IMG/VR virus record: IMGVR_UViG_2526164688_000030
Length of the DNA: 11,137 nucleotides
Direction: 5' to 3' (one strand)
Source of the DNA: a virus
Lineage: Duplodnaviria > Heunggongvirae > Uroviricota > Caudoviricetes
Part shown: positions 6,388 through 11,137 of the stretch, piece by piece
Position numbering within the stretch: the stretch's first letter is position 1
Layout of the letters: each line of letters opens with the position of its first letter
Notes under the pieces: model-generated
What the model saw: only the letters and a program-made list of their open reading frames with translations
The model's database searches: none
Told to the model about the DNA's origin: nothing
Program-made: the position numbers and the translations under genes

Positions 6388-6556
6388 AAAGTGAATTTTG
6401 TTATGCGGTGAATGCGGCTAAGCGCACGCGGAACAGTTAAAACCAAAAACAGTGTTATGGGTGGATTCTCTGTATCCGACGTTAATTGTTAACTGGTTAA
6501 CGTCACCTGGAGGCACCAGGCACTGCATCACAAAATTTATTGTTGAGGACGCGATA

Positions 6557-6745
6557 ATGAAAACGTTATTACCAAACGTTAATACGTCTGAAGGTTGTTT
6601 TGAAATTGGTGTCACTATCAGTAACCCTGTATTTACTGAAGATGCCATTAACAAGAGAAAACAAGAACGGGAGCTATTAAATAAAATATGCATTGTTTCA
6701 ATGCTGGCTCGTTTACGTCTGATGCCAAAAGGATGTGCACAATGA
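6557..6745 (+). CDS. dicB: DicB cell-division inhibitor (62 aa; MinC-dependent in E. coli)
   Basis: ATG 6557 with SD GAGGA (7-nt spacer); protein MKTLLPNVNTSEGCFEIGVTISNPVFTEDAINKRKQERELLNKICIVSMLARLRLMPKGCAQ matches recalled Qin DicB; stop TGA at 6743-6745. Confidence 0.85.
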   Translation: MKTLLPNVNTSEGCFEIGVTISNPVFTEDAINKRKQERELLNKICIVSMLARLRLMPKGCAQ

Positions 6746-6933
6746 ATTCAGCATTTGCGCTTGTTCTGACAGTTTTTCTTGTTTCCGGAGTGCCAGTTGA
6801 TATTGCAGTCAGTGTTCACAGGACAATGCAGGAGTGTATGACTGCAGCAACCGAACAGAAAATTCCCGGTAACTGTTACCCGGTCGATAAAGTTATTAAC
6901 CAGGATAATATCGAAATCTCGGCAGGTCTTTAA
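6742..6933 (+). CDS. ydfD: YdfD-like small membrane protein (63 aa; reported lysis protein in E. coli)
   Basis: ATG 6742 overlaps the dicB stop (ATGA); N-terminal hydrophobic segment MNSAFALVLTVFLVSGVPV; matches recalled Qin YdfD. Confidence 0.75.
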   Translation: MNSAFALVLTVFLVSGVPVDIAVSVHRTMQECMTAATEQKIPGNCYPVDKVINQDNIEISAGL

Positions 6934-7026
6934 AACAGTTCCGTAATAAATATCCGGTTTCATTCTTATATGCCAGCAATGGCAGGGATTTGTTCATCCT
7001 TAAATCTGTCATGAGGTTAAAACAAA

Positions 7027-9498
7027 ATGAGTAAAGTCTTTATTTGCGCCGCTATTCCTGACGAACTGGCAACAAGGGAAGAAGGCGCTGTGGCTGTAGC
7101 CACAGCCATTGAAGCTGGCGACGAACGCCGTGCTCGAGCAAAATTTCACTGGCAATTCCTGGAACATTATCCGGCTGCTCAGGACTGCGCTTATAAATTT
7201 ATTGTCTGCGAGGATAAACCTGGCATACCCCGCCCTGCCCTCGATTCATGGGATGCTGAATATATGCAGGAAAACCGCTGGGATGAGGAGTCTGCTTCTT
7301 TTGTCCCGAATGAGACTGAATCCGATCCGATGAACGTCACTTTTGACAAGCTGGCCCCTGAAGTACAGAACGCTGTCATGGTTAAGTTCGACACATGTGA
7401 AAACATCACCGTTGATATGGTTATTAGCGCACAGGAATTGTTGCAGGAAGACATGGCAACATTCGACGGACATATCGTTGAAGCGTTGATGAAAATGCCA
7501 GAAGTTAACGCCATGTATCCGGAGCTTAAGTTGCACGCCATTGGGTGGGTTAAGCATAAATGTATTCCTGGTGCTAAATGGCCCGAAATTCAGGCAGAGA
7601 TGCGCATCTGGAAAAAACGTCGCGAAGGTGAACGCAAGGAAACCGGAAAATACACGTCTGTTGTTGATCTCGCACGCGCCAGAGCCAATCAACCGTACAC
7701 TGAAAATTCAACAGGAAAAATCAGCCCGGTCATTGCTGCCATTCATCGCGAATACAAGCAGACATGGAAAACACTGGATGACGAACTGGCCTACGCTCTC
7801 TGGCCTGGTGATGTGGATGCCGGAAACATTGACGGCAGCATCCATCGCTGGGCAAAAAAAGAAGTTATCGACAACGACCGCGAAGACTGGAAGCGTATCT
7901 CGGCATCAATGCGCAAACAGCCTGATGCCCTTCGCTACGACCGCCAGACTATTTTTGGCCTTGTCCGTGAGCGTCCGATCGACATTCACAAAGATCCCGT
8001 AGCACTGAACAAATATATCTGCGAATACCTGACGACAAAGGGCGTGTTTGAGAATGAAGAAACAGACCTGGGCACTGTTGATGTTCTCCAGTCATCAGAA
8101 ACACAAACTGATGCAGTGGAAACTGAGGTATCTGATATCCCAAAAAATGAAACCGCGCCGGAAGCTGAACCATCTGTAGAGCGTGAGGGGCCGTTCTATT
8201 TCCTCTTCGCAGATAAGGACGGAGAAAAATACGGTCGCGCAAACAAACTTTCTGGTCTGGATAAGGCACTGGCTGCTGGCGCCACTGAAATCACAAAAGA
8301 AGAATATTTTGCCCGAAAAAATGGCACATACACGGGCTTACCGCAAAATGTAGATACCGCTGAAGATTCAGAACAACCAGAGCCGATAAAAGTTACCGCT
8401 GACGAAGTAAACAAAATTATGCAGGCAGCCAATATCAGCCAGCCTGACGCCGATAAGTTGCTTGCTGCCTCTCGCGGAGAATTTGTTGCAGGGATTAGCG
8501 ACCCGAATGATCCGAAATGGGTTAAGGGGATCCAGACCCGCGATTCTGTAAACCAGAACCAGCATGAATCGGAACGGAACTACCAAAAAGCGGAACAAAA
8601 CAGCCCAAATGCGTTACAAAACGAGCCAGAAACGAAACAGCCTGAACCAGTGGCGCAACAGGAAGTGGAAAAAGTCTGCACCGCCTGCGGTCAGACCGGC
8701 GGCGGCAACTGCCCTGATTGTGGCGCGGTGATGGGCGACGCAACATACCAGGAAACATTCGATGAAGAGTATCAGGTTGAAGTTCAGGAAGATGATCCGG
8801 AGAAAATGGAAGGCGCTGAACATCCACACAAGGAGAACACTGGCGGCAATCAGCATCATGCCAGCGATAATGAAACTGGCGAGACGGCAGATCACTCAAT
8901 TAAGGTGAACGGTCATCAAGAAATCACATCCACCAGCAGGACGTGTGACCATCTAATGATCGACCTTGAAACCATGGGAAAAAATCCTGATGCCCCGATC
9001 ATCTCAATAGGTGCAATATTTTTCGATCCGCAAACCGGAGATATGGGACCGGAATTTAGTAAGACTATCGATCTGGAAACTGCTGGCGGAGTCATTGATC
9101 GGGACACCATTAAATGGTGGCTTAAGCAATCACGCGAAGCGCAATCTGCCATTATGACCGATGAAATCCCGTTAGATGATGCACTGTTACAATTGCGGGA
9201 ATTTATCGACGAAAACTCCGGTGAATTTTTTGTTCAGGTCTGGGGAAATGGAGCCAACTTCGACAACACGATTTTGCGCCGTTCATACGAACGGCAGGGG
9301 ATCCCCTGCCCGTGGCGTTACTACAACGATCGCGATGTACGCACAATCGTTGAGCTGGGGAAAGCCATAGACTTCGATGCCAGAACGGCTATTCCATTCG
9401 AAGGTGAGCGCCATAATGCACTTGATGACGCCCGTTACCAGGCAAAATACGTTTCAGTTATCTGGCAAAAACTGATCCCGAGTCAGGCTGATTCTTAA
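7027..9498 (+). CDS. ydfE: Full-length YdfE-like large early-left protein (823 aa): N-terminal domain of unknown function, central Cys4 zinc ribbon (CTACGQTGGGNCPDCG), C-terminal DnaQ-like DEDDh 3'-5' exonuclease domain
   Basis: ATG 7027 with SD GAGGT. The three DEDDh motifs are read directly: MIDLETMG (Exo I), WGNGANFDNTIL (Exo II), HNALDDARYQ (Exo III). The N-terminus matches the recalled K-12 YdfE fragment. Sits where lambdoid phages carry recombination/exonuclease genes, upstream of xis-int. Confidence 0.85.
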   Translation: MSKVFICAAIPDELATREEGAVAVATAIEAGDERRARAKFHWQFLEHYPAAQDCAYKFIVCEDKPGIPRPALDSWDAEYMQENRWDEESASFVPNETESDPMNVTFDKLAPEVQNAVMVKFDTCENITVDMVISAQELLQEDMATFDGHIVEALMKMPEVNAMYPELKLHAIGWVKHKCIPGAKWPEIQAEMRIWKKRREGERKETGKYTSVVDLARARANQPYTENSTGKISPVIAAIHREYKQTWKTLDDELAYALWPGDVDAGNIDGSIHRWAKKEVIDNDREDWKRISASMRKQPDALRYDRQTIFGLVRERPIDIHKDPVALNKYICEYLTTKGVFENEETDLGTVDVLQSSETQTDAVETEVSDIPKNETAPEAEPSVEREGPFYFLFADKDGEKYGRANKLSGLDKALAAGATEITKEEYFARKNGTYTGLPQNVDTAEDSEQPEPIKVTADEVNKIMQAANISQPDADKLLAASRGEFVAGISDPNDPKWVKGIQTRDSVNQNQHESERNYQKAEQNSPNALQNEPETKQPEPVAQQEVEKVCTACGQTGGGNCPDCGAVMGDATYQETFDEEYQVEVQEDDPEKMEGAEHPHKENTGGNQHHASDNETGETADHSIKVNGHQEITSTSRTCDHLMIDLETMGKNPDAPIISIGAIFFDPQTGDMGPEFSKTIDLETAGGVIDRDTIKWWLKQSREAQSAIMTDEIPLDDALLQLREFIDENSGEFFVQVWGNGANFDNTILRRSYERQGIPCPWRYYNDRDVRTIVELGKAIDFDARTAIPFEGERHNALDDARYQAKYVSVIWQKLIPSQADS

Positions 9499-9509
9499 TG
9501 TTCAACTGT

Positions 9510-9541
9510 CGCCGGTTGTGACTGGTATTCTGCAACCGGCG
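9510..9541 (+). other. 9-bp perfect inverted repeat CGCCGGTTG-(14 nt)-CAACCGGCG between the ydfE-like gene and xis; possible attenuator/processing hairpin
   Basis: Arms 9510-9518 / 9533-9541, 12 nt after the upstream stop codon; no U-tract, so not a canonical intrinsic terminator. Confidence 0.3.
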
Positions 9542-9570
9542 CTCGTCTGATGTAAGAGATAAAGAAATCG

Positions 9571-9822
9571 ATGAGCGAAGTAATCATGATTGTCTCTCCC
9601 GGCAAATGGGTATCCGAAGAGCAGTTAATTGCGCTGAAAGGAATAAAAAAAGGTACGTTAAAAAAGGCCCGGGAAAAATCGTTTATGGAAGGAAGGGAAT
9701 ATAAGCATGTCGCTCATGACGGTATGCCATGGGATAACAGTCCATGCTTTTACAACCTGGAAGAAATTGATCGCTGGATTGAGCGCCAGGCATCAGCGAG
9801 ACCAAGACGTCATCTTACTTGA
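9571..9822 (+). CDS. xis: Putative excisionase (Xis-like small DNA-binding protein, 83 aa) immediately upstream of int
   Basis: Small basic protein adjacent to and co-oriented with the integrase; resembles lambdoid/cryptic-prophage excisionase-like proteins. ATG 9571 has only a weak SD; ATG 9586 is an alternative start. Confidence 0.65.
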   Translation: MSEVIMIVSPGKWVSEEQLIALKGIKKGTLKKAREKSFMEGREYKHVAHDGMPWDNSPCFYNLEEIDRWIERQASARPRRHLT

Positions 9823-9856
9823 CTAAAAGCCACACTAACTAATGAGAGAAGTTGAA

Positions 9857-11137
9857 ATGAAATATCCGACAGGCGTGGAAAACCATGGAGGGAAATTACG
9901 TATCTGGTTTGTTTATAAAGGCGTAAGAGTCAGGGAAAATCTGGGGGTTCCTGACACAGCAAAAAACAGGCGCGTTGCAGGTGAACTACGCTCCTCTGTT
10001 TGTTACGCAATAAAAACTGGTGTTTTCGACTATGCAAAACAGTTTCCCTCCTCACGCAATCTGGAAAAATTTGGTGAGGCCCGACAAGATTTAACCATAA
10101 AAGAACTGGCTGAAAAATTTCTGGCACTGAAAGAAACTGAAGTCGCCAAAACATCACTCAACACATACCGTGCCGTCATCAAAAATATCCTGAGCATAAT
10201 CGGTGAAAAAAATCTTGCCTCATCGATTAATAAAGAAAAATTACTGGAGGTTCGTAAAGAGTTACTGACTGGATACCAGATCCCCAAAAGTAACTATATT
10301 GTTACACAACCAGGGAGATCGGCTGTAACTGTAAATAATTACATGACAAATCTTAACGCCGTGTTCCAGTTTGGTGTTGATAACGGTTACCTGGCAGATA
10401 ATCCGTTTAAGGGGATCTCGCCATTAAAGGAATCAAGAACCATTCCGGATCCTCTTTCGCGGGAAGAATTTATCCGTCTTATCGATGCGTGCAGAAATCA
10501 GCAAGCAAAAAATTTATGGTGTGTTTCTGTTTATACTGGCGTTCGCCCTGGTGAGCTGTGTGCACTTGGATGGGAGGACGTAGATCTGAAAAATGGAACA
10601 ATGATGATCAGGAGAAATTTAGCAAAAGACCGTTTCACGGTACCAAAAACACAGGCGGGAACCAATCGGGTCATTCATCTTATTAAGCCAGCAATCGACG
10701 CTCTCCGGAGTCAGATGACATTAACGAGACTGAGCAAAGAGCATATCATTGATGTTCACCTCAGAGAGTATGGCAGAACAGAAAAACAAAAATGCACCTT
10801 TGTTTTTCAACCTGAAGTGTCAGCGAGAGTAAAAAATTATGGTGACCATTTTACCGTTGACTCAATAAGGCAGATGTGGGACGCAGCGATAAAACGTGCC
10901 GGACTCCGCCATCGAAAATCATATCAGTCGAGACATACTTATGCCTGCTGGTCGCTGACAGCTGGTGCTAACCCGGCATTTATAGCAAACCAGATGGGCC
11001 ATGCAGATGCGCAAATGGTATTTCAGGTATACGGAAAATGGATGTCTGAAAACAATAATGCACAGGTAGCTTTGTTAAATACACAGTTAAGCGAGTTTGC
11101 CCCAACCATGCCCCATAACGAAGCAATGAAAAATTAA
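9857..11137 (+). CDS. int: Tyrosine site-specific integrase with N-terminal arm-binding domain (GVENHGGKLRIWFVYKGVRVRE) and C-terminal catalytic domain (R...HxxR...Y)
   Basis: Most likely start is ATG 9857 (SD GAGAGAAG, 5-nt spacer) rather than ATG 9842. C-terminal motifs RHTYACW, GHADAQMVFQVYGKW and the catalytic Tyr region are typical of phage integrases. Stop TAA is the last three bases of the window. Confidence 0.9.
   Translation: MKYPTGVENHGGKLRIWFVYKGVRVRENLGVPDTAKNRRVAGELRSSVCYAIKTGVFDYAKQFPSSRNLEKFGEARQDLTIKELAEKFLALKETEVAKTSLNTYRAVIKNILSIIGEKNLASSINKEKLLEVRKELLTGYQIPKSNYIVTQPGRSAVTVNNYMTNLNAVFQFGVDNGYLADNPFKGISPLKESRTIPDPLSREEFIRLIDACRNQQAKNLWCVSVYTGVRPGELCALGWEDVDLKNGTMMIRRNLAKDRFTVPKTQAGTNRVIHLIKPAIDALRSQMTLTRLSKEHIIDVHLREYGRTEKQKCTFVFQPEVSARVKNYGDHFTVDSIRQMWDAAIKRAGLRHRKSYQSRHTYACWSLTAGANPAFIANQMGHADAQMVFQVYGKWMSENNNAQVALLNTQLSEFAPTMPHNEAMKN

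Noticed and set aside
6418-6963. ORFs 6418..6693 (-), 6748..6963 (-) and the long forms 6452..6745 and 6688..6933 (+)
   Set aside because: The minus-strand ORFs are antisense to dicB/ydfD. The long plus forms begin at non-ATG codons upstream of the well-supported internal ATG starts (6557 and 6742).
7109-8899. Eight internal or antisense ORFs within the ydfE-like gene (7109..7333, 7191..7541, 7246..7692, 7541..8002, 7949..8269, 8196..8432, 8368..8598, 8522..8899)
   Set aside because: All fall within the continuous 823-codon gene, which has recognisable exonuclease motifs; shadow ORFs.
8614-9370. ORFs 8614..8895 (-), 8916..9152 (-) and 9176..9370 (+)
   Set aside because: Antisense or out-of-frame within the ydfE-like exonuclease domain.
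9842-10287. ATG 9842 as the integrase start, and antisense ORFs 9930..10157 and 10030..10287
   Set aside because: ATG 9842 has no SD, whereas ATG 9857 has GAGAGAAG at optimal spacing; the antisense ORFs lie within the integrase gene.
1-11137. tRNA or rRNA genes
   Set aside because: No region showed the conserved tRNA stem pattern or the conserved rRNA sequence blocks on inspection; the only RNA gene supported is DicF.

Overview
This window looks like one arm of a Qin/Rac-type lambdoid (cryptic) prophage from an Escherichia/Shigella-like enterobacterium, with a partial IS2 copy at its left edge. All calls rest on reading the sequence and on recalled similarity to E. coli K-12 prophage proteins; no database search was run. 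Left to right: the 3' 887 bp of IS2 (insD); a ~460-aa cargo gene of no recognisable phage function with a C-terminal R-x4-H (HEPN-like) motif, convergent with the phage replication genes; minus-strand early-right genes (DicC/Cro-like regulator, a 173-aa unknown, a replication initiator with an embedded iteron array, a 133-aa unknown); then a plus-strand early-left operon (DicA-like repressor, ydfA-like, ydfB-like, DicF sRNA, dicB, ydfD, a full-length 823-aa YdfE-like protein with a DEDDh exonuclease domain, excisionase, tyrosine integrase running to the window end). The best candidate for an undescribed system is the HEPN-motif cargo gene beside IS2. Secondary points of interest are a pair of operator palindromes, the putative origin iterons, and an antisense membrane-protein ORF overlapping the ydfB-like gene.
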